The position numbers and the translations under genes are program-made. Shown one piece after another: positions 26,540-35,850 of a stretch of 64,000 nucleotides of DNA. Each line of letters starts with the position of its first letter. Position 1 is the stretch's first letter. The DNA is from Gloeobacterales cyanobacterium (lineage in GTDB: Bacteria > Cyanobacteriota > Cyanobacteriia > Gloeobacterales > PMM-0068). The stretch spans positions 10,942 through 74,941 of the forward strand of contig JBBRSB010000017.1 of the NCBI GenBank assembly GCA_038245785.1. The letters are read 5' to 3'. The notes under the pieces are model-generated. The model worked only from the letters and a program-made list of their open reading frames with translations. It did not search any database and was not told where the DNA came from.

Positions 26540-27809
26540 CAACGTTGAGAGACGCTTGCTCTGGAACAACCTGGCCGTGCTGGGAGGGATTCTGCTGGTT
26601 TTTACCTTGGCTGTATACGCTCTTTTTGCCCAAAGTACCGCAGCTCAACTTGATGAGCGTCTAGTCTCGCTGGCTCGGGCTGTTTCCCTCTCCGTGGAGC
26701 GTGAAGACGGCGAATCTAAGTTTGATGAATCGATCTACCTGGGGAGTGGAAAAGAGCGGGTTGTCCTCGGAGAGACTGCTGTTGCACAGTGGCTGGATCT
26801 AAATGGTCGGGTTGTGCGCGCCCGTGGCCGCTTGCTCCTCAAAGCCGATCCCCTGCATCTTAATCTTCCCTTTAGCCAGAACACGCCCCAAAGAGCGAGG
26901 GTTTTTAGCCAATCCGTGCGCGATCCTGAAACAGGTAAACTGCTTGGATATGTTCGCGTGGCCCTTGCGCTCGCTCCTCTGGAAAATACGCTGAATCAAC
27001 TGCGCTGGGGACTGGCGGGCGGTGTTGTCCTCGCCCTTTCTCTGGCCGCTTTGGGCAGCTTCTGGCTTACGCGCCAAGCCATGACTCCGGTAGAAGCAGG
27101 ATACCAGCGACTCCAACAATTCACCGCCGATGCCTCCCACGAATTACGCAGCCCACTGACGGCGATCAAGCTCAACACGGGCACTTTCTTGCGCCATCCT
27201 CAGCAGCTTAGTCTGGACGAAATTCAGGACAGCTTTTTGCAGATTCAAGAAGCTGCTGACCAGATGATCCAATTGACCAACGACTTGTTATGGCTAGCCC
27301 GAGCGGATGAAGGGTCCGACCAGCAGACCAATCAAGCGCCTTTGTCCTTAGACAAGTTGCTGCTGGATCTAATCCAAGAGATGGAGATACTCGCTCAGAA
27401 AAAACAGATTGACCTCCGCTACCGAAACGAGGCGAGTGCAACGGTATTGGCTGACGTCCATCAACTAAATCGTTTGTTTCGCAACTTGATTGAAAATGCC
27501 ATCCAGTACACTGCCCCTAACGGTCAAGTCACAGTCCTTTTACAAAAACAAGAACAAATGGCTTTGGTCTCTGTTAGCGATACGGGAATTGGGATTGCAC
27601 CAGAAAATATGGAGCGGGTTTTCGACCGCTTCTGGAGAGCAGACAAAGCCCGCTCTCGGCATGGTGGGGGTGCTGGCTTGGGTCTAGCCATTGCGAAAAG
27701 CATCGCTCGTGTCCACGGTGGCGATATCTATGCCACCAGTCAAGAAAACGAAGGGAGTAGCTTTGTGGTCAAACTACCTTTGTGGAAAGTCAAAACAGAT
27801 ATGGCATGA
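26532..27809 (+). CDS. sensor histidine kinase (HAMP-HisKA-HATPase)
   Basis: H-box ADASHELRSPLTAI, N-box LIENAIQYT, G-boxes DTGIGI and GGAGLGLAIAKS. It overlaps the regulator by 8 nt. Confidence 0.93.
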   Translation: MFSNVERRLLWNNLAVLGGILLVFTLAVYALFAQSTAAQLDERLVSLARAVSLSVEREDGESKFDESIYLGSGKERVVLGETAVAQWLDLNGRVVRARGRLLLKADPLHLNLPFSQNTPQRARVFSQSVRDPETGKLLGYVRVALALAPLENTLNQLRWGLAGGVVLALSLAALGSFWLTRQAMTPVEAGYQRLQQFTADASHELRSPLTAIKLNTGTFLRHPQQLSLDEIQDSFLQIQEAADQMIQLTNDLLWLARADEGSDQQTNQAPLSLDKLLLDLIQEMEILAQKKQIDLRYRNEASATVLADVHQLNRLFRNLIENAIQYTAPNGQVTVLLQKQEQMALVSVSDTGIGIAPENMERVFDRFWRADKARSRHGGGAGLGLAIAKSIARVHGGDIYATSQENEGSSFVVKLPLWKVKTDMA

Positions 27810-27916
27810 CCTAAAGAGTAAGTTGCGCCCTCTTTCAAATACTCACCAAGCTTTACCTTGCTTTTACCTTGGGGCACTAAGCTAAGCCAAAAACGCGTGA
27901 GACATCAGGCTTTCCA

Positions 27917-28561
27917 ATGTCTCACCCTAATCGAGGTTTGTGCATGTTTTGTCATCAGAGCTCGCTTGAACTTCTGGAAAAGATCTATCAAGACCGTAAA
28001 CTTCAGCACTACGCCGCCAAGCAGAATATCCACCTCTACGGAGATGATGTTTTGATTCTCTATCGTGGGATTGTCCAAGTACAAACCTTTCATCATTCAG
28101 GCGATGAAACGATCTTAGGTTTACTGGGGCCGATGATGCCGATTAGCAGAGCTTTTAGTGACCTCGCTTCCCATGAGATTTATACCCTGTCCGATGTGTA
28201 CCTTTTGCGTTTGAGTTGGCAAGATATCGAAAAGTCTCCTGCTTTGGCACTGGAGATGAACCAATTATTAACTCGACGCTTACAGCAAATGGAAATTTTG
28301 TTGACTCTGAGGAATAAAAGTCAGGTTGATGAACGGTTACTGGGGCTATTAGCTTTTCTGGCACATGAATTTGGGAAAGAAACTTCCGAAGGGATTGATA
28401 TCGATATTCGCTTAACCCATCAGCAAATGGCCAATATGGTGGGTTCTACACGCGTTACGGTCACCCGGTGCATGGGGGCACTTAGGAAAACAGGTTTACT
28501 GTCCAAGAAGAAAGGTAGATATTTATCTGTTCATCGAGATGTGCTCAGTCTGTCTGAATAA
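27917..28561 (+). CDS. Crp/Fnr family transcriptional regulator
   Basis: cNMP-binding-like N-domain and C-terminal HTH THQQMANMVGSTRVTVTRCMGALRKTGL. Confidence 0.85.
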   Translation: MSHPNRGLCMFCHQSSLELLEKIYQDRKLQHYAAKQNIHLYGDDVLILYRGIVQVQTFHHSGDETILGLLGPMMPISRAFSDLASHEIYTLSDVYLLRLSWQDIEKSPALALEMNQLLTRRLQQMEILLTLRNKSQVDERLLGLLAFLAHEFGKETSEGIDIDIRLTHQQMANMVGSTRVTVTRCMGALRKTGLLSKKKGRYLSVHRDVLSLSE

Positions 28562-28674
28562 TATCCATAGGGGAACAATCCAGCGGAGAAAAAATACGGT
28601 TTGCACTGCTGCTCAAGATACAAGAGATGGTTCACCAAGAACTCAACTAAACAGTATCAATGGAGACAGGAGTA

Positions 28675-29904
28675 TCAATTGATAGAGGGAACCTCAAGAG
28701 TCATTCCTGCCTTGCGCAGCCGTTCTATGAGCACATCTCCGAGGCCCGTAGCTGGGGTTAGGATGCCGCCGCGTTGTTGTCCGCCCGGCAATTTATCCGT
28801 GTGCAAGGCTAAGCTCAGCGCCGACTCACACAGAAATTTGACCGTGGCGCGATTCCCTGGATCGCCTTGGTCGCTAATCAGTCCCTTCACCCTGCGTCCA
28901 TCCTCCGTTAGCCCCAGGAGTTCACAGCGAAACCAACCTTCATTCATCGTTTTCTCAGATGGACCACTTCCAGGTTGAGGAAGGAAGGGTTGCAGTAGGC
29001 TGCTCAGGGGAGCTTGTTGCATTACCCCTGCAAATAGGGCCATGCCTGCGGTGACACCAGCCGCTTGCAGCCATGCGAAGGGCGGATTGAATTTCAAATA
29101 TTCCTGGTAGGTGAAATCTGGACCGTACGGTTCCTGCCATGCTTCATATAGAGCACTGCTGCGGCGCACAATACGGGTATTAATCGGGCTCATAAAGAAT
29201 GGACCAACCCAGGTGGCCAGGTCGGCATCATATTGCGGTTCTTCTGGGTCTTGATTGCGCTGAACTTCCTGCCTAGCGTGTTCAACGGGTGGGTTAAGCA
29301 GGAAAGGATTGCCGATCTGGTCTGCTTGGCCAGAGCTATATAGGTTGAATCCAGAGGCTAGAGTGCCACCATTAAGGCCACCGTACATCTGAAAATACGC
29401 TTTCACGGCTCGGCAGGCCACTCCTAGTTCTTTCTGCATATGCCGGACCACAAGATAAGTCCCCAAATCCGATGGGATGGAATCAAAACCGCAGAAGGGA
29501 ATAATCCGGGTGCCATCGGATGATGCCTGAGCGTGATAGCGATCGATCAGCCGCTTAACCCAGGGGGTTTCGCCCGTAATGTCCACATAGTGCGTTCGTA
29601 ACCGTACGCAGGCATCGACGATCGTGTCGCCATAAAGGGCAAAAGGGCCTGCGGTGGTTAGCAAAACGCCTGTCTGAGCCACCACTGCATCGATAGCGCC
29701 TTGGTCTTGACTGTCTGCTACCAAAATGTCTACCCCAACACCTACCTCTGCCTTGACCAGTTCCAGTTTCTGTCGATTACGGCCCGCGATCGCCCAACGA
29801 ACTTCACTTGGGCGGGTATGCTGCGCGAAATATTGCACGGTCTGCTTCCCGACGAAGCCAGTGGCCCCATAGAGTACGACATCATAGCGACGGTTCGTCA
29901 TCAA
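28675..29904 (-). CDS. saccharopine dehydrogenase-like NAD(P)-binding oxidoreductase
   Basis: Rossmann motif VVLYGATGFVGKQ. Length and architecture fit the saccharopine dehydrogenase / trans-acting enoyl reductase family. Confidence 0.8.
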   Translation of the reverse strand: MMTNRRYDVVLYGATGFVGKQTVQYFAQHTRPSEVRWAIAGRNRQKLELVKAEVGVGVDILVADSQDQGAIDAVVAQTGVLLTTAGPFALYGDTIVDACVRLRTHYVDITGETPWVKRLIDRYHAQASSDGTRIIPFCGFDSIPSDLGTYLVVRHMQKELGVACRAVKAYFQMYGGLNGGTLASGFNLYSSGQADQIGNPFLLNPPVEHARQEVQRNQDPEEPQYDADLATWVGPFFMSPINTRIVRRSSALYEAWQEPYGPDFTYQEYLKFNPPFAWLQAAGVTAGMALFAGVMQQAPLSSLLQPFLPQPGSGPSEKTMNEGWFRCELLGLTEDGRRVKGLISDQGDPGNRATVKFLCESALSLALHTDKLPGGQQRGGILTPATGLGDVLIERLRKAGMTLEVPSIN

Positions 29905-30084
29905 GACCTCTCCAAGGTGGAGTTAATTTCGGGACCATGGCAGAATTTCAGCAGCATTTGAGCTTGGGTCTGCTGGAGCGTCATTTGGCTTCTTCTAAGA
30001 CTCTTAGGATCTAGCTTCTTAAGTCTGCCTCAAACTGTGACCAGTTATCTACACTGTAACCTGGCTGGCCAAGAGCACAGCCTG

Positions 30085-31171
30085 TTAAGGAAACTCCAAA
30101 GTCAATTGGTCTGTGTGTATAGTGCTTTGATCTTCGTTGGGAAAGTTGGAGATGGACAAACCCAACAAACGGATGCGACGCTCATCTGCTGGTAAGGATT
30201 TAAGCAATTGATGCCCTAAAAGAAAGAGACTTTCGGCCTTATGCAAAAGCTCTGGCACTGTCCGGCTGCGGGTCAACTGTTGCAGATCCGCATATTTGAG
30301 TTTCAGAACCAGGGTATGTCCCGTTAACTGGTTTTTTTCAAGGCGTTCCTGCAATACCTGAGACAACATGCATAGTTGTTCTACAAGAACGTCGAAGTCT
30401 GACAGATCTTCAAGAAAAGAGGTTTCAACGCCTATAGACTTTCGGCTGCGATTTGGAATGACCGGGCGGCTATCTTGCCCATGAGCCATTTGATAGTAGA
30501 AGTGCCCATGCTTCCCGAAGTGACGAGCTAAATCTATTGCAGTCCATTGCTTGAGGTCAGCGCCCGTTCGAATGCCCAGGGTGTACATCCTTATCTGCAG
30601 TAGCCTTTCCCACTCCATAGAATTTCTCAATTACTAAGGCCTCAATCAGGGCCTCGGCTTCATCGGGTTGGATAATGCGTAGTCCATCAGGTTTGTTCAA
30701 TCCAGAAGCAAGCTTTGCCAGGAATTTATTGTAGGAAACTCCTGCTGAAGCCGTGAGGCCCGTTTGTTCAAAGATAGCTGCTCTTATCTTGCGAGCAATA
30801 AGGGTAGCGGAGGGAATACCAAGCTTATTTGTGGTTACCTCTAAGTAGGCTTCGTCCAAGGCCAGCGGTTCAACCAAGTCTGTGTAGCGGAGGAAGATTT
30901 GATGAATCTGCTCGGAGATGGCTTTGTATACATCGAATCGAGGTGGGGCGAAGATCAGGTCCTTACACTTTTGGATAGCCAGACGTGAGGGCATTGCAGA
31001 GTGGATACCGTAGCGACGGGCTTCATAACTGGCGGCAGCTACCGCTCCCCGTTGCTGAGGTGTACCACCAACCACCAACGGTTTACCCCGGAAGGCTGGA
31101 TTATCGCGCTGCTCTACAGAGGCGTAGAAAGCGTCCATATCCAGGTGAATGATTTTGCGGAGGGTTGGCAT
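30085..31171 (-). pseudogene. dinB: DNA polymerase IV (dinB) interrupted by a +1 frameshift
   Basis: The N-terminal ORF (IIHLDMDAFYASVEQRDNP...IEKFYGVGKATADK) and the C-terminal ORF (MYTLGIRTGADLKQWT...) are collinear with DinB. They sit in different frames, and the junction GATAAG-G-ATGTAC at about 30589-30590 carries one extra base. Confidence 0.85.
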
Positions 31172-31267
31172 CTTTCATCCCCAGACCGCCTTCAGTGTGA
31201 CGCTTAAGATGGACATTTGTCCAGAAAAGAATGAGTTATAGCTCTGCAGGAACATACTCATGAGTTG

Positions 31268-31483
31268 TCATGCGGCGCGCACTTCGACATATTCGATGCT
31301 GGAAGAAGGCCCAGGAATGGGATGACCGTCTTCGCGTAATCCTTCGATATGAAACTCAATTGCCTCTTGGATCAATTCCAACACTTCTTCTTTCGTATCT
31401 GCTACAGCAACACAACCCGGCAAATCTGGCACATAAGCACCAAAACTATTTTCACCCTCTTCCACAATCACGGCGTATTTCAT
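31268..31483 (-). CDS. hicB: HicB family antitoxin
   Basis: MKYAVIVEEGENSFGAYVPDLPGCVAVADTKEEVLELIQEAIEFHIEGL is a canonical HicB N-domain. Confidence 0.9.
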   Translation of the reverse strand: MKYAVIVEEGENSFGAYVPDLPGCVAVADTKEEVLELIQEAIEFHIEGLREDGHPIPGPSSSIEYVEVRAA

Positions 31484-31499
31484 ATTTTGCCTCTCTCGC

Positions 31500-31685
31500 C
31501 TATTTCAAGCCTGCTTGCTTTAAGATGCTGTTGAGCGTTCCGGGTGGAACATCAATATTCGGCTTGCCAGAAACCGTCACAGTCCCAGATTTACTCGAAT
31601 GCTTAAATTGGCGATGACTGCCCTTCGTTCTCGCCAGGTACCAACCATCTTTTTCAAGAAGCTTGATTACCTCCTTAACTTTCAT
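31500..31685 (-). CDS. hicA: HicA family mRNA interferase toxin
   Basis: KVKEVIKLLEKDGWYLARTKGSHRQFKH...GTLNSILKQAGL is canonical HicA. Confidence 0.92.
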   Translation of the reverse strand: MKVKEVIKLLEKDGWYLARTKGSHRQFKHSSKSGTVTVSGKPNIDVPPGTLNSILKQAGLK

Positions 31686-31842
31686 AGGAGAATAATAAGA
31701 TGTTTTCTATGCAAGGGGAAGAGGCCTAACGTCGGAAATGAGCGGCGGCTGGTTAGCCGTCACGCTCTTGCGCCGGCCCTTGCGCGCTTGCTCCACGAGT
31801 GCACTGACCTTTGAGGTGAGGCGGTTCAGCACTGCACTGTCT

Positions 31843-32133
31843 CTAGTGCCAAACCAACGAAGGGCCGAGCTTCGACTCTGCCAACAATTCAGCTTCTGCA
31901 AGACTGAGCGCTGCTCCGCCACCAACCCATTCGGGTTGTCCGGTCGGCGTACGAAAGAGCAGGTAGAAGCACTCGACCGCTCGGTCTTCAGCGATCTCCG
32001 GCGGGTCTTCATAGTCGCCCGAGCCGTACAACGTGTGACGCCTGACGATACGCACTTCGCATAGAACGTTGTCGGCGTACAGCCATGTACCCGTCTTCTC
32101 CGGCACAATGGACTCAATTTGCTTCACGTCCAA
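31843..32133 (-). CDS. hypothetical protein in GC-rich segment
   Basis: This is the most protein-like of three overlapping frames. It starts at TTG/GTG. No family recognised. Confidence 0.4.
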   Translation of the reverse strand: MDVKQIESIVPEKTGTWLYADNVLCEVRIVRRHTLYGSGDYEDPPEIAEDRAVECFYLLFRTPTGQPEWVGGGAALSLAEAELLAESKLGPSLVWH

Positions 32134-32246
32134 TGACTTGTTGGGTGCGGCGTTATATTCCTCACAAGTCTATCAAAGTTGCGCTTTCGTTTTTCATCGG
32201 GCGAAGCGAAAGAACTTGTATTTCTTTGTGAATCTTTATAAAGACT

Positions 32247-33074
32247 TTATTGGGGCGCGAATCTGGAGTTCGCCCATTCAATGTACTCTTCGGTCGAAGT
32301 ACGGCGCATCCGATCCCCAAGCTCTGAATCCTGCCCGACCATAAAGCGTAGTTTATTAGTATTGTCCGTCGCGGCGGCGAGTACCGCTTCGGCGATATCA
32401 TTCTCGGTCGCAAAGTAATCCTTCGGTGGTTCACTCATATAGACGGCGAGCCTTTGATCGACATATGCTTGATATGAAGGCGGAACCGGAATTGATTGCG
32501 CGGCTTGTTGAGTGTGCTGAGCAAATTGCGTACTCGCTACGAATCCCGGCTCAACGATTTTTACCTTCACATTTTGAGTCTGCAACTCGTATTGGAGAGC
32601 TTCAGTAAAGCCACGCAGAGCAGCCTTACTAGCGCTGTAGATCGACATCAGCGGTTCAGGCACAGTCGCCGATCCCGAAGTAATGTTAATAATGCGCCCG
32701 CCGCCGTTTTGTCGAAAATGCGGAAGGACTGCTTGCGTGAGCAGCATTGCACCGAAGACGTTTGTGTCGAAAAGCGATTTGACCATTTCCATCGGAGTTG
32801 CCTCGAATACGGAAAGTAAACCCATGCCCGCATTGTTGACGATGCAATCAATGCGACCAAATCGCTTGACTCCGAGATTGATGGCTTGGTCAATCGTCGC
32901 TTTGTCTTGGACATCGAGCCGAGTAACCAGAAGATTATCAGAGTTCTCGGTTTCTTCCCAATGATCTGCATTCCGCATAGTCGCCACAACATTCCAACCT
33001 GCGCTCAGGAATTTCAGAACTGATGCCTTTCCAAAGCCGGATGAGCATCCCGTAATAAGTACCGTTTGATTCAT
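32247..33074 (-). CDS. SDR family oxidoreductase
   Basis: TGCSSGFGKA (TGxxxGxG), NNAG and YSASKAAL (YxxxK). Confidence 0.92.
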   Translation of the reverse strand: MNQTVLITGCSSGFGKASVLKFLSAGWNVVATMRNADHWEETENSDNLLVTRLDVQDKATIDQAINLGVKRFGRIDCIVNNAGMGLLSVFEATPMEMVKSLFDTNVFGAMLLTQAVLPHFRQNGGGRIINITSGSATVPEPLMSIYSASKAALRGFTEALQYELQTQNVKVKIVEPGFVASTQFAQHTQQAAQSIPVPPSYQAYVDQRLAVYMSEPPKDYFATENDIAEAVLAAATDNTNKLRFMVGQDSELGDRMRRTSTEEYIEWANSRFAPQ

Positions 33075-33177
33075 ATTTTCTCCTATGACCGAATAATAAA
33101 GATGCTTGAAAAAGCGTGTTATCTATCGGCGCATCCGTGTAACCGATAGCCGCCCAACTACCTATTGGACTGAATCG

Positions 33178-33213
33178 AATCCGCCTAACACACTCAACAG
33201 AGATCTTAGGTAG
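33178..33213 (+). repeat. imperfect direct repeat, copy 1
   Basis: CCGCCTAACACACTCAACAGAGATCTTAG versus 33273-33301 CCACCTAACACCCCTAATAGGGATCTTAG: 23/29 identical. A third partial copy, TTCCACCTA, is at about 33220. Confidence 0.6.
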
Positions 33214-33269
33214 ATTCATTTCCACCTATCTCATCCAAACAGGTGATTATGTAGAAAAATTCATACTCT

Positions 33270-33306
33270 AATTCCACCTAACACCCCTAATAGGGATCTT
33301 AGACTG
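33270..33306 (+). repeat. imperfect direct repeat, copy 2
   Basis: See 33178-33213. Confidence 0.6.
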
Positions 33307-33412
33307 AAGCGTTTCGGTATAACCACCGATCCGACTCCACACTATACTTTCACAAAAGTTTAATTAAATCAGGGGGATAATTCTTTACTTTACTCAAGCA
33401 GCTATAGAAACC

Positions 33413-33499
33413 CCACCTAAAAAATTGTTGGAGCAAGTTCGGGACGCGATTCGCCTCAAGCACTACTCCTATCGAACCGAATAAACCCATGTTCAGCAG
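33413..33499 (+). pseudogene. decayed N-terminal fragment of an integron-integrase-like tyrosine recombinase
   Basis: The frame reads PPKKLLEQVRDAIRLKHYSYRTE-stop-THVQQ. This matches the conserved N-terminus (PKKLLDQVRD.IRLKHYS.RTEQTYVQWI) of cyanobacterial IntI-like integrases. There is no start codon, TAA replaces the expected Gln codon, and the rest of the gene is absent. Confidence 0.6.
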
Positions 33500-33703
33500 T
33501 CCACTTGATTTGTGACCTGAGTATCGATTTATTGAATTAATAAAAGCACAAAAAATCCTAAAGAATTCAGTTAGAATAACCCTACAAATTGAGAATGATT
33601 ATTACATTCACAAAGGCAATGATTACGCAAACATTATTTGTTTTCAACTCTTTTTATTTGCAACTCGTAGAAACTAATATAGAAGAAATAGACCCTCTGT
33701 TCC

Positions 33704-34633
33704 TTGGTGATACTTAACGAAATGGCACATAACCATGAGCATGCTCACGTACACAGCGCCAGTGACTACAATCGCATTTTTGTGATAGCAGTCGCTCTCA
33801 ACCTGGGCTTTGTTGGTGTAGAGGCTACCTATGGTTTTCTTGCTAATTCTCTGGCGCTGTTGGCAGATGCAGGCCATAACCTGAGTGATGTGCTGGGTCT
33901 GGCTTTGGCGTGGGGAGGCAGTGTGCTAGCCCGTCGACAGCCCTCTCTTCGGCGCACCTATGGACTGCGGCGTTCGTCTATCCTCGCTGCTCTCTTAAAT
34001 GCTTTTCTTATTTTGGTCGCAGTGGGAGCGATTGCTTTGGAAGCAGTCCAGCGCTTTAGCAGCCCTGGTCCGGTAGGGGGGGAAACGATCATCTGGGTAG
34101 CAGCTATTGGGGTAGTGATTAACACGATCAGTGCACTTCTCTTCATGGCGGGTCAAAAAGAAGACCTGAACCTACGTGCGGCCTTCCAGCACTTGGCCTC
34201 TGATGCAGCAGTATCCCTGGGAACGGTGTTGGCTGGAGTAACTTTACTGGCTACAGGGTGGACATGGTTAGACCCCGTAATGAGCCTGGTGATTTCTGTG
34301 ATCATCCTGGCAGGAACTTGGGGATTGCTGGTTGATTCGCTCAATCTGGTTTTGGACGGTGTGCCTGAGAGCATTGAACCGAAAGCGGTAAAAAGTTACC
34401 TCGCCAGTCTTCCGGGAGTGACAGAAGTTCATGACTTGCATATCTGGGCGATGAGCACTACCGAAACTGCTCTAACCGCTCACTTGGTCATTCCGGCGGG
34501 GGCTCCGGGGGATGCTTTCATCGCTATGACCTGTGAAGCGCTCCATGACCAGTTCGCAATTGAACATGCCACACTCCAAATAGAAATGGGGGACGGCCAT
34601 CCCTGTGCCTTGGCTCCAGACCATTTGGTTTAA
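33704..34633 (+). CDS. czcD: cation diffusion facilitator (CzcD/ZitB-type) transporter
   Basis: His-rich N-terminus MAHNHEHAHVH (likely start ATG 33722). CDF motifs HNLSDVLGL and HLASDAAVSLG. C-terminal cytoplasmic domain VHDLHIW. Confidence 0.9.
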   Translation: MVILNEMAHNHEHAHVHSASDYNRIFVIAVALNLGFVGVEATYGFLANSLALLADAGHNLSDVLGLALAWGGSVLARRQPSLRRTYGLRRSSILAALLNAFLILVAVGAIALEAVQRFSSPGPVGGETIIWVAAIGVVINTISALLFMAGQKEDLNLRAAFQHLASDAAVSLGTVLAGVTLLATGWTWLDPVMSLVISVIILAGTWGLLVDSLNLVLDGVPESIEPKAVKSYLASLPGVTEVHDLHIWAMSTTETALTAHLVIPAGAPGDAFIAMTCEALHDQFAIEHATLQIEMGDGHPCALAPDHLV

Positions 34634-34663
34634 CAAAAAACTCGACCTAACCGTACAGGTCAT

Positions 34664-35350
34664 TCAGACGGATTTCTGAGTTTGCATTTTCAGCAAAGTG
34701 ATACAGGTCATCAGCCAAAGAAAGCCAACAGAATAGCCTGCCAGTATATCTGTGGGCCAGTGGACGCCCAAATACAGACGACTAAATCCAATCGCGGCAA
34801 TAATTCCGATGGCTGCAACATAAATCCAGCGGGAAAACTTAGGTAATTGGGTTGCCAGAAGATAGGCTAAAAACCCATATATCACGATTGACCCTAGCGC
34901 GTGACCGCTGGGAAAGCTAAAAGAGGTTTCATTAATGAGTTGCTGCCAAAGAATAGGACGTGGCTTAGCAAAGAGAAGCTTTAGACCTTGATTAAGCACC
35001 AAGGCCCCTAAGCAGGCGACCGCGAACATCTTCGCTTGGAGATAGCATTGCTTCCACCAAAGCCAAATCAGGCTAGCCAGTACGACCCCGACAATGAATC
35101 CAGGATTACCCAAGTTCGTGATCCGTAGCATTAAATAATCAAGAACTGGATTGGCCCACTGACGTATTCCTAAGAGCAGGGTTTTGTCGAGGCTAAACGT
35201 TTCTTTTTCCCATACCTCTTTAAATAGCCAACGCAAGGTAAGCAGAATGATTAAGTAGAGGGCCAGACTCGTTACACCAATGCTGGCAGTCAATGAGCTT
35301 ATCTGAGGACTGACACGATGTATCCAGAAATTGACCAGTTTTTTCATCAC
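34664..35350 (-). CDS. PAP2 family phosphatase (membrane)
   Basis: KPRP, PSGH and SRLYLGVHWPTD acid-phosphatase motifs. Confidence 0.88.
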   Translation of the reverse strand: MMKKLVNFWIHRVSPQISSLTASIGVTSLALYLIILLTLRWLFKEVWEKETFSLDKTLLLGIRQWANPVLDYLMLRITNLGNPGFIVGVVLASLIWLWWKQCYLQAKMFAVACLGALVLNQGLKLLFAKPRPILWQQLINETSFSFPSGHALGSIVIYGFLAYLLATQLPKFSRWIYVAAIGIIAAIGFSRLYLGVHWPTDILAGYSVGFLWLMTCITLLKMQTQKSV

Positions 35351-35476
35351 AGCTCGTAAATCTAAGCGCCGATCTCAATGTAGCCAATTAAGACGGGAAG
35401 ATCTCTTTAGGCTTTTGGTCTCTAGATTTCACGATGGTTTCATCTTTGTGTATCAGTATGTAAACCAATCCAGCTC

Positions 35477-35755
35477 GTGAGTGTATTTGCCATGAAGAGA
35501 GTAGCCCTGATCGCTATGGTTCTCCTTCTCCAGTTTTCTTATCTGCCCCTAGTTGCTCAAGCTAGTCCTGAAGAAAAGGCTGTGGGAAAAGCAGCACTCT
35601 TCTACCGTCATCTACATATTGCTAGAGGCGATTTTATGAAATCCGCGCCCGTTGAAACAGCTAAGGCTTGTGAAACGGCACCTCCACAGACACAGCCTGA
35701 ACCTGTGAAAGCCAATCCCGCAGCGCCTAATAGGTACCCAGGTGGACTTAAATAG
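35477..35755 (+). CDS. small secreted protein upstream of czcCBA
   Basis: Signal peptide MKRVALIAMVLLLQFSYLPLVAQA (likely start about 35492). No family recognised. Confidence 0.5.
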   Translation: MSVFAMKRVALIAMVLLLQFSYLPLVAQASPEEKAVGKAALFYRHLHIARGDFMKSAPVETAKACETAPPQTQPEPVKANPAAPNRYPGGLK

Positions 35756-35831
35756 AAGACCCCCTGTAGTCCCCCTTGCCACTAAGCGAAGCCTTCCCGG
35801 AGGGTGGGGGACGGCGATAGCCGGGGGTTAT
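35755..35831. repeat. G5/C5 palindromic dispersed repeat, long copy
   Basis: GAAGACCCCCTGTAGTCCCCC...AGCGAAGCCTTCCCGGAGGGTGGGGGACGGCGATAGCCGGGGGTTAT. The terminal 26 nt are the reverse complement of 11271-11296 with one mismatch. Confidence 0.8.
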
Positions 35832-35850
35832 ATTTGCTTGAATTTGTTTA

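Noticed and set aside
28601-28978. 125-aa plus-strand ORF
   Set aside because: It is antisense to the 3' end of the saccharopine-dehydrogenase-like gene and has shadow-frame composition.
31707-32117. 136-aa minus-strand and 108-aa plus-strand ORFs overlapping the 96-aa ORF
   Set aside because: Multiple long overlapping frames are expected in GC-rich DNA. These two are Arg/Ser/Ala-rich and less protein-like than the 31843-32133 frame.
31172-32246. attC recombination sites between the putative cassettes
   Set aside because: I looked for paired RYYYAAC ... GTTRRRY cores with intervening imperfect palindromes. Only a lone GTTAGGC (minus strand, 31724-31730) and short unrelated hairpins (for example TCTTTATAAAGA at about 32230) were found. 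No credible R''/L''-L'/R' structure appeared, so no attC is called.
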